Counted from the stretch's first letter, positions 28,458 to 38,843 are shown. The stretch: 64,000 nt of DNA from an uncultured Desulfovibrio sp. (GCA_964402645.1 CAYOCV010000012.1:36622-100621), one strand, 5' to 3'. Notes: generated by a model from the sequence alone, not told the origin. Translations and numbers: made by a program.

Positions 28458-30665
28458 ATGGCGGCACCATCCGGCATCGTGCGCTACCCCGGCCCGGGGT
28501 GCATCGTTGAATTCATGCAGGGCAACCGCCCCATAACGGCCTGGGTGCTCGAAGAACAGGCAGGCAAGCTGCGCCTGCTGCTCGCCAATCGCCGCGAAAC
28601 CAAGCTCACCACCAACCGCCTGCTGCCCTGGTCCGGCCCGGTCTACTCCGGCGAGTATGGCCGCCAGCAGATCATCGACCTGCTGGAACTGCACCGCCAG
28701 CGCCGCGACGACCGCGAAACCGCGCTCGACCCGCTGGAACTCTGGACCCTGGCCCAGGGCGAGGTGGACCGCGCCTCGCTGGAGTGGTTCGCGGAACTGC
28801 TGTGGGAAACGCCCGAAGTGGACGACCTGGCCGCCCTGGGCCGCGCCATGCTGGCCTGCAAGACCCACTTCAAGTTCCAGCCGCCCGACTTCGAGGTGTA
28901 CACCGCCGAAAAGGTGGACACCCGCCTGGCCGAGCAGGAAGCCACCCGCCAGCGCGAAGCCCTGGTTGCCGCCGGGCACGAATTCGTGCGCGTGCTGTGG
29001 GACGTGCATTCGCGCCGCCGCACCCTGCCGCTGGAAACATCGCCGGAACGCCCTGCCCCGGACATCGCCGAACAGCTCGCCGCGCTGATCATGACCCGCC
29101 TGGCCGACCCGGACGACCACGACTCCGAGCCGGTCTGGAAACAGGTGACCAAGGGCCTGCCCGACGACCCGCACCTGGCCCTGCACCTGGCCAAAACCTG
29201 GGGCCTGGTGCCGGAACACCACAATTTCTGGATGGACCGTGCGGGCTACGACCCCGGCAACGCCTGGACAGCTCACCACGCAGGCGACATGGCCGCCCTG
29301 CGCGCCGCCGTGGAATCCGCCCGGCGCGCACCGCTGGCCACGCCGTTCATCTCCATAGATTCCGCCACCACCCGCGACATCGACGACGCCTTCCACATCG
29401 AGGCGCGCGGCGACGGGGGCTTTCGCCTGTGGCTGGCCCTGGCCTGCCCGGCCCTGGCCTGGCCCTATGGCAGCGAACTGGACAAGGCCGTGCTGCGCCG
29501 CGCCACCAGCATCTACCTGCCGGAAGCCACCCACCACATGCTGCCGGAGGAACTGGGCACCGGTTTCTTCAGCCTGCTGGCCGGGCAGGACCGCCCCGCG
29601 CTGATCCTGACCATGGAAGTGGCCCCGGACGGCGAACTGCAATCCTGCGTACCCAGCGGCGCGTGGGTGCGCCTGGCCGCCAATCTTACCTACGAGGCCT
29701 GCGAGGCCTGCCTTGCCGCCGTGGCCCCGCCGCAGGCCGCCCCTGACCCGGACGACGAACTGCTGGCGGCCATGCTGGCGGGCGACCCCGATGCGGGTGA
29801 CGAGGCCGCCGCAACCGCTGCCGCGCCCCTGCCCCTGCCGGATAACGCCGCAGCGCCCCACGCGGACAGGCTGGCCGTGGCCGACAGGCTGGCCCGCGCG
29901 CTGCAAGCGCACCGCATCAGCCGTGGGGCGGTGATCATCGAACGCGACGACCCCAAAGTGACGTTGTCCGGCGAAGGTGCGGCCACCGTCGTGGACATTG
30001 CGGAGCAGCCCGCCGCGCCGCGCAGCCAGTCCATCGTGGCGGAAATGATGATTCTGGCCAACGCCGGGGTGGCCCGCTGGGCCGGTGAGAACCGCGTGGC
30101 CCTGCTGCACCGCACCCAGGACGTGGGCATTCCCCGCGAATACGCCGGGGTGTGGCGCGCCCCGCACGAGGTGGCGCGGGTGGTCAAGGCGCTGGCCTCG
30201 TCGCTGCTGGAAACCTCGCCCCGGCCCCATGCGGGCATCGGCATGCCCGCGTACAGCCCGATCACCTCGCCATTGCGCCGTTATCCGGACCTGATCAACG
30301 AAACCCAGGTGCTGCACGCCCTGGCCACCGGGCAGGGCCGCTGGACGCGCGAGGAACTGGACGCCATGCTGCCCCTGCTGAACGCCCGGCTGGATGCGGC
30401 GGGGCAGGTGCAGCGCTTTCGCCCGCGCTACTGGAAGCTGCTGCATTTTCGCCAGAAGGGCGACAAGACCTGGTGGCACGCCGTGGTCACGGAAGAAAAC
30501 GACGCCTTTGTCACCGTCAGCCTGCCGCGCGAACAGCTGTTTTTGCGCGGGCGGCGTTCCACCTTCGGCGACAAGGTGAACCCCGGCCAGCACTTCCGGG
30601 TGCGGGTGGGCAAGATCCATCCGCTGAACAACGAAATACAGATACTGGACGCGGAAGAAGAGTGA
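28458..30665 (+). CDS. RNase II/R-family 3'-5' exoribonuclease
   Basis: RNB-domain motifs SIDSATTRDIDDAFH and SPLRRYPDLINE are present, with a C-terminal S1-like region. Confidence 0.85.
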   Translation: MAAPSGIVRYPGPGCIVEFMQGNRPITAWVLEEQAGKLRLLLANRRETKLTTNRLLPWSGPVYSGEYGRQQIIDLLELHRQRRDDRETALDPLELWTLAQGEVDRASLEWFAELLWETPEVDDLAALGRAMLACKTHFKFQPPDFEVYTAEKVDTRLAEQEATRQREALVAAGHEFVRVLWDVHSRRRTLPLETSPERPAPDIAEQLAALIMTRLADPDDHDSEPVWKQVTKGLPDDPHLALHLAKTWGLVPEHHNFWMDRAGYDPGNAWTAHHAGDMAALRAAVESARRAPLATPFISIDSATTRDIDDAFHIEARGDGGFRLWLALACPALAWPYGSELDKAVLRRATSIYLPEATHHMLPEELGTGFFSLLAGQDRPALILTMEVAPDGELQSCVPSGAWVRLAANLTYEACEACLAAVAPPQAAPDPDDELLAAMLAGDPDAGDEAAATAAAPLPLPDNAAAPHADRLAVADRLARALQAHRISRGAVIIERDDPKVTLSGEGAATVVDIAEQPAAPRSQSIVAEMMILANAGVARWAGENRVALLHRTQDVGIPREYAGVWRAPHEVARVVKALASSLLETSPRPHAGIGMPAYSPITSPLRRYPDLINETQVLHALATGQGRWTREELDAMLPLLNARLDAAGQVQRFRPRYWKLLHFRQKGDKTWWHAVVTEENDAFVTVSLPREQLFLRGRRSTFGDKVNPGQHFRVRVGKIHPLNNEIQILDAEEE

Positions 30666-30776
30666 CGGCATTGTGGGTCCGGCGGACGCAGCCTCCCGGC
30701 AGGGACGACGCGCCCGCAGCCCCGGTGGCCGCCGCCGCGACATTTCACCCGCCCAGCCCCCGCAGGAGGCACGATC

Positions 30777-31505
30777 ATGATGGGTAAGCTGCTTTGGATC
30801 GCCATCGCCTACGTCATGGGCTCCATCCCCTTCGGGCTGGTGTTCGCCCGCACCTTCTGCGGGGTGGACCCGCGCACCGGCGGCAGCCGCAACGTGGGGG
30901 CCACCAACGTGGCCCGGCTGTGCGGCACCAAGTGGGGCATGGCCACCCTGTTGTGCGACGCGCTGAAGGGCGCGCTGCCCGTGGCCATCGCCATGTCGTT
31001 CAGCGATTCCGCGTTCTTCCACAGCCTGACGGCGCTGGCCGCCCTGCTGGGCCACCTGTATTCCTGCTTCCTGGGCTTCAAGGGGGGCAAGGCCGTGGCC
31101 ACCACGGTGGGCGTGTTCATTCCGCTGGCTTTCGGGCAACTGGTGCTGGCGGGCATCGCCTGCCTGCTGGTGATCTGGCGCTCCGGCTTCGTCTCGCTGG
31201 GTTCGCTGACCCTGGTCACGGCCCTGCCCGTGTTCCTGCTGGTGTACGGCAAGTGGAAGCTGCTGCCGCTGGCGCTGGTAGTCATGGCCCTGGTGTACTG
31301 GAGCCACCGCGAAAACATCGGGCGTCTGGCGCGCGGTGAGGAAAAGCCCTGGCAGAAGAAGCACCACGACGCTGCGCCCACCGGCAGCACACCTGAAGAG
31401 ACGGGCGCGCCTGAAGCACCTGAAGCGGCGGACGCAAACACCGCCACGGCCTGCGGCTGCGGCTGCGCCGCGCACGGCGAAGCAGACGCCACGTCCGAAA
31501 AGTAG
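30777..31505 (+). CDS. plsY: Glycerol-3-phosphate acyltransferase PlsY with C-terminal extension
   Basis: [23 protein letters not shown] and [10 protein letters not shown] are present. Confidence 0.9.
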   Translation: MMGKLLWIAIAYVMGSIPFGLVFARTFCGVDPRTGGSRNVGATNVARLCGTKWGMATLLCDALKGALPVAIAMSFSDSAFFHSLTALAALLGHLYSCFLGFKGGKAVATTVGVFIPLAFGQLVLAGIACLLVIWRSGFVSLGSLTLVTALPVFLLVYGKWKLLPLALVVMALVYWSHRENIGRLARGEEKPWQKKHHDAAPTGSTPEETGAPEAPEAADANTATACGCGCAAHGEADATSEK

Positions 31506-31593
31506 TTTTCACGGCGTCGCCCCGGCCTTGTTGCCAGTGCCACGGCAAGGCGCCACAACTGCTGCATTGCACGATTTCAAGGAGACCGGCCCA

Positions 31594-33084
31594 ATGCCTT
31601 GTCCCACGTCCAGCACCACGCCCTGCCCCGCACCCGGTCACGACTTTCCGGCCGCGCGCACGCGGATGGAGTATGTCTGCCTTGGCTGCGGAGAGCGCCG
31701 CGGCATCGACGAGCTGCTGTACACCTGCCCCAACTGCGGCGGGGTGTACCTGCTTGAAGACCTCGATTTCGACAAGCTTGCGGCCCAGCGCACCGGCCCG
31801 GAATGGCGCGCCCTGTTCGACGCCCGCGCCGCCACCCGTACCACCGCCCTGCGCGGCATCTTCCGCTTTTACGAGCTGATGGCCCCGGTGCTGGAAGAAG
31901 AGGACATCGTGTACCTTGGCGAGGGCAACACCCCCATCGTCGAGGCGGCCCCCGTGCTGCGCGACGCCGTGGGCATTCCCTTCGCCTTCAAGAACGACGG
32001 CCAGAACCCCAGCGCCTCGTTCAAGGACCGGGGCATGGCCTGCGCGTTCAGCTACCTGAAGGCGCTGGTGCGCAAGCATGGCTGGGACGAGGTGCTGACC
32101 GTGTGCGCCTCTACCGGCGACACTTCCGCCGCCGCCGCGCTGTACGCCTCGTACGTGGGCGGGCCGGTGAAGTCGGTGGTGCTGCTGCCGCACGGCAAGG
32201 TTACCCCGCAGCAGCTTTCGCAGCCGCTGGGCAGCGGGGCCACGGTGCTGGAAATTCCCGGCGTGTTCGACGACTGCATGAAGGTGGTCGAGCACCTGGC
32301 CGAAAACTATCGGGTGGCCCTGCTGAACTCCAAGAACAGCTGGCGCATCCTGGGGCAGGAATCGTACGCCTTCGAGGTGGCCCAGTGGTACGGCTGGGAC
32401 ATGAAGGGCCAGTGCGTGTTCGTGCCCATCGGCAACGCGGGCAACGTCACGGCCATCATGGCAGGCTTCCTGAAGCTGCTGCGCCTTGGGGTCATCGACG
32501 CGCTGCCGAGGGTCATCGGCGTGCAGTCGCACCATGCCGACCCGGTATGGCGCTACTACAGCCAGCCGGACCCGGCCACGCGCACCTATGCGCCCGTCAC
32601 CGTGCAGCCCAGCGTGGCCCAGGCGGCCATGATCGGCAACCCGGTGTCCTTCCCGCGCGTACAGGCGCTGGCGGACAGATTCATCGCGGAAGGGGGCGAA
32701 CGGGCCTTCTCCGTGGTGCAGGTGACCGAGCAGGAGATCATGGACGCCATGATCCGGGGCAACCGCCACGGGCACATTGCCTGCACCCAGGGCGGCGAAT
32801 GCTTGGCCGGGCTGATCAAGGCCCGCGAACTGGGCCTGGTGTCGCCGGACGAGCACGCCGTGCTCGACGCCACCGCGCACAGCCTGAAGTTTGCAGGCTT
32901 TCAGGACATGTACTTCACCAACAGTTTCCCGGCAGAATACGGCGTGACGCCGGACCCCAGCCTGGCCAACGCGCCCGCGCTGGTGGTCAGCCCGGAAGAC
33001 AAGGCCCGCCTGTCGCCAGAGGCCTACACCCTGGCCGCCGCCGAAGCGGTGGTGGCCAAGCTGGGCCTGGCGAAAAAGGCGTAA
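31594..33084 (+). CDS. thrC: Threonine synthase (long form with N-terminal zinc ribbon)
   Basis: CLGCG...CPNCGG is followed by the PLP lysine block NPSASFKDRGMA. Start at MPCPTS (31594) is preceded by AAGGAG. Confidence 0.9.
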   Translation: MPCPTSSTTPCPAPGHDFPAARTRMEYVCLGCGERRGIDELLYTCPNCGGVYLLEDLDFDKLAAQRTGPEWRALFDARAATRTTALRGIFRFYELMAPVLEEEDIVYLGEGNTPIVEAAPVLRDAVGIPFAFKNDGQNPSASFKDRGMACAFSYLKALVRKHGWDEVLTVCASTGDTSAAAALYASYVGGPVKSVVLLPHGKVTPQQLSQPLGSGATVLEIPGVFDDCMKVVEHLAENYRVALLNSKNSWRILGQESYAFEVAQWYGWDMKGQCVFVPIGNAGNVTAIMAGFLKLLRLGVIDALPRVIGVQSHHADPVWRYYSQPDPATRTYAPVTVQPSVAQAAMIGNPVSFPRVQALADRFIAEGGERAFSVVQVTEQEIMDAMIRGNRHGHIACTQGGECLAGLIKARELGLVSPDEHAVLDATAHSLKFAGFQDMYFTNSFPAEYGVTPDPSLANAPALVVSPEDKARLSPEAYTLAAAEAVVAKLGLAKKA

Positions 33085-33334
33085 CGCCCGCAGCCAGCGT
33101 ACGCTGGCCTGACGCCCTATCCCCGCCAACGAAAGCGCGGCGCACGGAAACACTCCGTGCGCCGCGCTTTCGTTGGCGGGCAGGGAGTAACGGGGAGCCG
33201 AAAAGGGGCAGCAGCACTGGCGCGGATTCACCAGCGCACGGATTCACTGGCGCGCGGGCTACCGGGTTCGGCAATTCACCGGGTCACAGAAACGGAACCC
33301 TGGGCCGCCCCACCACCGCCCCGCGAGGGGGTGT

Positions 33335-33351
33335 GCATTTTTGCAACGCGC
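33335..33351 (+). promoter_or_regulatory. Candidate activator-binding motif, copy 1 (GCATTTTTGCAACGCGC)
   Basis: It is about 175 nt upstream of the 33511 -24/-12 element. Near-identical copies lie at 33421 and 37178. Confidence 0.35.
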
Positions 33352-33420
33352 GGCACCTGTGCCGTTCTGCACAGCAGTTTACATCACACTAAAATATCAT
33401 GACTTTTTACAGAAACCGCC

Positions 33421-33437
33421 GCATTTCTGCAACACGC
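33421..33437 (+). promoter_or_regulatory. Candidate activator-binding motif, copy 2 (GCATTTCTGCAACACGC)
   Basis: It matches copy 1 at 15 of 17 positions and lies about 90 nt upstream of the 33511 element. Confidence 0.35.
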
Positions 33438-33510
33438 ACCGTAAAAACACATTTGTTCGCTCAACTCGCCTTTCCCCCCTAACATCTCGTACCTAAAAGA
33501 TTTTCCCCGG

Positions 33511-33526
33511 TGGCACGCTCGATGCT
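33511..33526 (+). promoter_or_regulatory. Candidate sigma-54 promoter for the GRE operon
   Basis: TGGCACGCTCGATGCT has a perfect -24 TGGCAC and a -12 TGC at canonical spacing. It is 76 nt upstream of the GRE ATG. Confidence 0.6.
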
Positions 33527-33601
33527 TATGCCGACGCAGTTCCTGCCTGTGCCGTGTATTCGCAAACAATCCCATACGGGCCAAGCCCGGGGAGAATCCT
33601 G

Positions 33602-36073
33602 ATGACCACCTGCTGCCTGTCCCCCCAGGAAGTGCGCCTGCAAAACCCGGAACCGGACAAGACCGGGCGCACGCGCGTCTACTCCATTCTCGAGACCTTC
33701 CAGTATCAGGTTCCGTTCATCGACGTGGAGCGCGCCCGCTACTTCACCGAGTCCATGCGCGCCACCGAGGGCCAGTTGCTGTCCCTGCGCTGGGCCAAGG
33801 CGCTGCAGAACTGCGCCGAGAAGATGACCGTGTACATCACCCCGAACCAGCTCATCGCCGGCCGCGCCGGGCAGTTTGGCCGCTACGGCATCCTGTACCC
33901 GGAAATCGACGGCGACTTCTACGGCGTGGTCATGCGCGACCTGCCGAACCGCGCCAAGAGTCCCTTCCGCATCTCGGACGCGGACATCAACATCATCCTC
34001 GATGAAATAGCCCCCTACTGGGAAGGCAAGACCTACCACGAGCATCTCAACGGCGCGCTGCCCGAAGAGTTGCGCAACGTCACCTACGCCGACGCTTCGG
34101 GCCTCAAGTCCAAGTTCGTGGTCAGTGAAACCTCTTCCTACCGTTCGGCCCTGCAATGGGTGCATGACTACGACAAGGTGCTCCGGCGCGGCATGCTGGA
34201 CATCAGGGCCGAAATGCTGGCCCGTCTGGAAAGGCTGGACCCGGACAGCCCCATCGACAACTGGGAGAAGAAGCCGTTCCTGCAAGCCATGGTCATCGTG
34301 TGCGACGCCTTCATGACCTGGGCAAAACGCCACGCCGACCTCGCCCGCGCCCAGGCCGCCGCCGAAGCCGACCCCGCCCGCAGGCAGGAGCTGCTGCATC
34401 TGGCCGACATCTGCGACCGTGTGCCCGCCCACCCGGCCCGCACCTTTCACGAGGCCGTGCAAGCGCAGTGGTTCGTCCAGATGTTCTCGCGCATCGAGCA
34501 GAAATCCAGCGCCATCATCTCCAACGGACGCATGGACCAGTATTTACATCCCTTCTATGCCAGGGACCTTGCCGAAGGGCGCATCACCGAAGAAAGCGCC
34601 ATGGAGCTTCTGGAGTGCATGTGGGTGGAGATGGCCCAGTTCATCGACCTGTACATCAACCCCACCGGCAACGAGTTCAACGAAGGCTACGCCCACTGGG
34701 AGGCCGTGACCATCGGCGGCCAGACCCCCGACGGACATGACGCCACCAACGACCTGACCTACCTGTTCCTGCGCTCCAAGCGCGAATTTCCGCTGAACTA
34801 TCCGGACCTGGCCGCCCGCATCCACTCCCGCTCGCCGGAACGCTTCCTGTACGAAGTGGCCGAGACCATCAAGGACGGCTCCGGCTTTCCCAAGCTGATC
34901 AACGACGAGGAAGTGGTGCCGCTGTATGTGGCCAAGGGCGCGCCCTTCAGGGACGCCCTGGACTACGCCGTGTCGGGCTGCACAGAGGCCCGCATGCCCA
35001 ACCGCGACACCTACACCTCTGGCTGCGTGTACATCAACTTCGCCACGGCCATGGAAATGACCATGCACAACGGGCGGATGCTGAAGTACGGACAGGACGA
35101 CCTGGTGGGCCTGGAAACCGGCGACCCCACCACCTTCGCCACCTGGGAGCAGTTCTGGGACGCCTACACGGCCCAGCACATGAACCTGCTGTCCAAGGCC
35201 TTCACCCAGCAGTCCGTGGTGGACTGCCTGCGTCCGCAGCACTTTGCCTCGCCTTTTGCCTCGGTGCTGCACGACCTGTGCGTTGCAGACTGCAAGGACC
35301 TGCAATCACCCCGTATCGAAGGTGGCGTGGATTTCTCGTACTTTGAATTCCTGGGCTACGGGACGGTGGTCGACTCGCTGGCGGCGGTCAGGAAGCTGGT
35401 GTTCGAGGACAAGAAGGTGCCCATGGCCGATCTGGTGGCCGCGTTGCGCAACGACTTTGAAGGACGCGAGCCCCTGCGCGCCCTGCTGCGCTCCGCCCCC
35501 TGCTACGGCAACAACAATCCGTACGCGGACGCCATCGCCAGGGAAGTGGACCGCATGACCCAATTGTTTGCGGAAAAATATTCCAAGGTACGGGGCATCA
35601 ACTGCGACGTGCGCTACGTGCCCATCACCTCGCACGTGCCCTTCGGCAAGGTGGTCAGCGCCACCCCCAACGGCCGCAAGGCGTGGACGCCCCTGTCCGA
35701 CGGCTCGTCCGCCTCGCACGGCGCGGACCGCAACGGCCCCACGGCGGTGCTGTTGTCCAACTACCATTCCAAGAACTGCGACCTGAAGAACCGCGCCTCG
35801 CGCCTGCTGAACATCAAGCTGTCGCCCAGGTGCGTGGCCGGAGAAACCGGCACCCGCAAGCTTGTGGATGTCATCCGCAGTTGGTGCGACCTGAAGTTGT
35901 GGCACCTGCAATTCAACATCATCAACAAGGAAACCCTGCTCAAGGCCAAGGCCGATCCGGACAGGTACCGGGGCCTGCTGGTGCGCATTGCGGGGTACAG
36001 CTCGTACTTCTGCGACCTTTCGCCCGACTTGCAGGACGACGTGATCAACCGCACCGAACACGACGAGATGTAG
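33602..36073 (+). CDS. Glycyl radical enzyme, eliminase class, sulfonate-type (IslA/IseG/HpsG/HpfG-like)
   Basis: 823 aa from the ATG at 33602, with GGGGAG upstream. The C-terminal glycyl-radical motif is [10 protein letters not shown] and the Cys loop is VSGCTEA (C-x-E). YRSALQ and a later RYVPIT Arg are positioned like sulfonate-binding residues (see findings). Confidence 0.9.
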   Translation: MTTCCLSPQEVRLQNPEPDKTGRTRVYSILETFQYQVPFIDVERARYFTESMRATEGQLLSLRWAKALQNCAEKMTVYITPNQLIAGRAGQFGRYGILYPEIDGDFYGVVMRDLPNRAKSPFRISDADINIILDEIAPYWEGKTYHEHLNGALPEELRNVTYADASGLKSKFVVSETSSYRSALQWVHDYDKVLRRGMLDIRAEMLARLERLDPDSPIDNWEKKPFLQAMVIVCDAFMTWAKRHADLARAQAAAEADPARRQELLHLADICDRVPAHPARTFHEAVQAQWFVQMFSRIEQKSSAIISNGRMDQYLHPFYARDLAEGRITEESAMELLECMWVEMAQFIDLYINPTGNEFNEGYAHWEAVTIGGQTPDGHDATNDLTYLFLRSKREFPLNYPDLAARIHSRSPERFLYEVAETIKDGSGFPKLINDEEVVPLYVAKGAPFRDALDYAVSGCTEARMPNRDTYTSGCVYINFATAMEMTMHNGRMLKYGQDDLVGLETGDPTTFATWEQFWDAYTAQHMNLLSKAFTQQSVVDCLRPQHFASPFASVLHDLCVADCKDLQSPRIEGGVDFSYFEFLGYGTVVDSLAAVRKLVFEDKKVPMADLVAALRNDFEGREPLRALLRSAPCYGNNNPYADAIAREVDRMTQLFAEKYSKVRGINCDVRYVPITSHVPFGKVVSATPNGRKAWTPLSDGSSASHGADRNGPTAVLLSNYHSKNCDLKNRASRLLNIKLSPRCVAGETGTRKLVDVIRSWCDLKLWHLQFNIINKETLLKAKADPDRYRGLLVRIAGYSSYFCDLSPDLQDDVINRTEHDEM

Positions 36074-36144
36074 CATCCGCATTCACGGGGCAGGGGGCGG
36101 CTGACGCCCCCCCCCTGCCCCGCCACCACGGGAAGAGGCACCCC

Positions 36145-37047
36145 ATGCAGGACAAGGAACGGACAGGCATCATCTTCAACATACAGAAGTATTCCGTGCA
36201 TGACGGCGCGGGCATCCGCACCATGGTCTTCTTCAAGGGCTGCCCGTTGCGCTGCGCCTGGTGCAGCAACCCCGAATCGCAGCAACTGCGGCCGGAACGC
36301 GGGTTCAACCGCTACAAGTGTCTTTCTCCGGCTGTGTGCGGCTACTGTATCCCCGCCTGCGCCAAAGGGTGCATCCTTGACATAGAGGGCCTGCTGGCCA
36401 TCGACTACACCCGCTGTGACGGCTGCCTGCTCTGCGCCCAGGCCTGCCCTACCGGGGCCATGAGCGTCTACGGCGAAAGCCTGAGCGTGGCCGAGGTGCT
36501 GGCGTCGGTGGAGCAGGACGCGGTGTTCTATGCCCGATCCGGCGGCGGCATGACCCTGTCCGGGGGCGAGGTGATGCATCAGCCGGACTTTGCCGTGGCG
36601 CTGCTGCGCGAGGCCCGCCGCAGGCACATCAACACGGTGATGGAAACCTGCGGCCACTGCGACGGCGACGCGCTGGTCGAGGCCTGCCGTCATCTGGACA
36701 CGTTGATCTTCGACATCAAGCACCTGTCCAGCGATGTACACCGCGATGGCACCGGCGTCGGCAACGAACGCATTCTGGAAAACTTCCTCCGCGTGTGTGC
36801 CGCATTTCCCGCATTGCCCATCATTGCCCGCACCCCGGTCATCCCCGGCTTCAATGACACGGAGGCCGACATCCGGGCCATTGCCCGGTTTCTGCCCAAG
36901 CGCGCCAACCTCGTCCACGAGCTGCTTCCCTACCACCGCATGGGCCAGACCAAATACGAATTCCTTGGGCGCGCCTTTCCCATGGGCGGCGCGCAACTGG
37001 CCACCGGCACACTGCGGCGGTTGCAGGACGTGTCCATGGCCCGCTGA
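36145..37047 (+). CDS. Glycyl-radical-enzyme activating enzyme (radical SAM)
   Basis: FNIQKYSVHDGAGIRTMVFFKGCPLRCAWCSNPES contains CxxxCxxC. Two ferredoxin-like Cys clusters follow (CGYCIPAC, CDGCLLCAQACP). Confidence 0.9.
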   Translation: MQDKERTGIIFNIQKYSVHDGAGIRTMVFFKGCPLRCAWCSNPESQQLRPERGFNRYKCLSPAVCGYCIPACAKGCILDIEGLLAIDYTRCDGCLLCAQACPTGAMSVYGESLSVAEVLASVEQDAVFYARSGGGMTLSGGEVMHQPDFAVALLREARRRHINTVMETCGHCDGDALVEACRHLDTLIFDIKHLSSDVHRDGTGVGNERILENFLRVCAAFPALPIIARTPVIPGFNDTEADIRAIARFLPKRANLVHELLPYHRMGQTKYEFLGRAFPMGGAQLATGTLRRLQDVSMAR

Positions 37048-37094
37048 TCCGTCGCGCCCTTGCAGTCTGTTTCTCGCACAGGCAGCTTTTTTCT

Positions 37095-37124
37095 CCGGCA
37101 TCCCGAAAGGGATGCCGGTTTTTT
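37095..37124 (+). terminator. Intrinsic terminator after the activase
   Basis: ccggcatccc-gaaa-gggatgccgg is followed by TTTTTT. Confidence 0.8.
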
Positions 37125-37177
37125 GCGCCATGTGTTCCGGATGGTGCAAATCGGCACAGCAGGCCGCCCGGCACGTC

Positions 37178-37194
37178 GCGTTTTTGCAACACAC
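37178..37194 (+). promoter_or_regulatory. Candidate activator-binding motif, copy 3 (GCGTTTTTGCAACACAC)
   Basis: It has the same core as 33335 and 33421. A related inverted copy (GTGATTTTTGCGCACGC on the minus strand) lies at 37349..37365. Confidence 0.3.
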
Positions 37195-37555
37195 CCGCTC
37201 GCCTATCAAAACAATACTTTGTTATTTAATGGCTTTTCCAACAGGCAACCTTGCGTCGCTTTTTTGCATCATATACAAGACCTGATGCAACCCTGCCTTT
37301 CTTCCTTCTGACATTTCGATTTTTCTTTTTATTTTCGCATAATTAGAAGCGTGCGCAAAAATCACCCCCACCGTCGTTCACGTGGCGGAATACCCCGCTG
37401 CTGACGCCTGAACACCAAACGTCCGGCGCCGACCGCTCCCTTCCCCCAACGCCTCGGAAAATAAATCCTTCAATACAAACATATTACGAAAACATCGACT
37501 CTAAAAAAAGAGTACCCCCGCAACAATACTATTTGCTCGCCCAATCATTCACAAA

Positions 37556-37571
37556 CGGCACCATTCTTGCT
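37556..37571 (+). promoter_or_regulatory. Candidate sigma-54 promoter for the SDR/ABC/dehydrogenase operon
   Basis: CGGCACCATTCTTGCT has GG and GC at canonical spacing. It follows an AT-rich tract at 37300..37550. Confidence 0.6.
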
Positions 37572-37695
37572 CCTTCATATTACGCACTGCCGCTGACCCC
37601 TTCTGGTTGCAAAGACAACATACACGGCATGCAAAGACTTGCTAATTGACCTGCACGTACGTGGACATGCAACGGCATCCTCCGTGGAGTTCTCC

Positions 37696-37905
37696 ATGAC
37701 GGAACGCATCCGCCATTCCAGATGCTGCACACCGGCCACATGTTGCCGCATATCGCCAAATGCCGTCTGCAACGGCATGGCCGCGAACGCATGGTCCGCA
37801 AATGACGCATACACGCCACTGCACGCCTGCGGCCCGCAGAAGCGCGGCATGGACCACGCCGCCATCGTCCTGCGACCACTCTCGCCGACAGGGGGCATGC
37901 CATGA
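37696..37905 (+). CDS. Possible 69-aa Cys-rich leader protein (speculative)
   Basis: GGAG lies 6 nt before the ATG at 37696, and the ORF starts about 110 nt after the predicted sigma-54 start site. The stop TGA overlaps ATG 37902 (ATGA). Sequence: [27 protein letters not shown]...; no family recognised. Confidence 0.3.
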   Translation: MTERIRHSRCCTPATCCRISPNAVCNGMAANAWSANDAYTPLHACGPQKRGMDHAAIVLRPLSPTGGMP

Positions 37906-37991
37906 CCCCCACCGTCTGTCCGGCTGTCAGCCCGAATACCCGCCTTGCTGCCCCTCCCATTGACCGGCCGGTTGCCCTTTCCCCGCCCGGA

Positions 37992-38765
37992 ATGGCCGAA
38001 ATGTTCTGCCTCTCCGGCAGGACCGCGCTGGTCACCGGCGGCAATTCCGGCCTTGGCGAAGCCATGGCCACGGCACTGGGCCTTGCCGGGGCACGCGTGC
38101 TGCTGCTGGCCCGCAGGCAGCCTGAACTGGACGAGGCTGCGGCCCGCCTGACCGCCCTCGGCATCGACGCCCTGACCATCTCCGCCGACCTCACCGCCCC
38201 CGACGCCATCGCCGCCAGCGCGGCACAAGCCCTCGCCCTGTCCCAAACCGCGTCAGGCCAGGTGGACATCCTGGTCAACGCAGCGGGCGTCAACCTGCGC
38301 CAGCCGTTCCAGGACATCACCCCCGAAGCCTGGCGACGCCAGATCGACCTGCACCTTTCCACACCCTTCTTTCTTGTCCAGGCACTGGCCCCCGGCATGC
38401 GCGAACGCGGCTGGGGCCGCATCATCAACATCGCCTCCCTGCAATCCTTCCGGGCCATGCCCGACAGCGCGCCCTACGGAGCGGCCAAGGGCGGCATTGT
38501 GCAGCTTACCCGCGCCATGGCCCAGGCCTGGGGACCGCACGGCATCACCTGCAACGCCATCGCTCCCGGCTTTTTCCCCACCGCGCTCACCGCGCCGGTG
38601 TTCGACGACCCGGACGCCGTGGCCCGCCATGCGGCGCAAACCTGCCTTGGCCGCAACGGACGCATGGAGGACCTGCACGGCCTGACCCTGTTTCTCGCTA
38701 GCAACGCATCATCGTATGTCACCGGACAAACGATCATGCTCGATGGTGGATTCTCGGCGAAATGA
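37992..38765 (+). CDS. Short-chain dehydrogenase/reductase (classical SDR)
   Basis: [15 protein letters not shown] (TGxxxGxG), NAAG, and S...YGAAKGG (YxxxK) are present. The alternative start at 37902 would add a Pro-rich 30 aa. Confidence 0.8.
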   Translation: MAEMFCLSGRTALVTGGNSGLGEAMATALGLAGARVLLLARRQPELDEAAARLTALGIDALTISADLTAPDAIAASAAQALALSQTASGQVDILVNAAGVNLRQPFQDITPEAWRRQIDLHLSTPFFLVQALAPGMRERGWGRIINIASLQSFRAMPDSAPYGAAKGGIVQLTRAMAQAWGPHGITCNAIAPGFFPTALTAPVFDDPDAVARHAAQTCLGRNGRMEDLHGLTLFLASNASSYVTGQTIMLDGGFSAK

Positions 38766-38843
38766 CTGATGTTTTACTGTGTCAGACGGCTCCGTCCCGG
38801 CTTCATGTGACAATTTCACAGAACAGCAACAGCGAGGTCGTAC

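Noticed and set aside
28230-31475. Very long ORFs antisense to or out of frame with well-supported genes. Examples: 28230..31475(-) 1081 aa, 3..1322(+), 1478..2710(+), 14829..16604(+), 17932..20025(-), 18168..20432(+), 31282..33231(-), 44051..46090(-), 46035..47735(-), 60577..62436(+).
   Set aside because: Each lies opposite or out of frame to a gene with clear family motifs. Their translations are Arg/Gly/Ala/Pro/His-rich low complexity with no recognisable domains. Such shadow ORFs are expected in DNA of about 67 percent GC because stop codons are rare.
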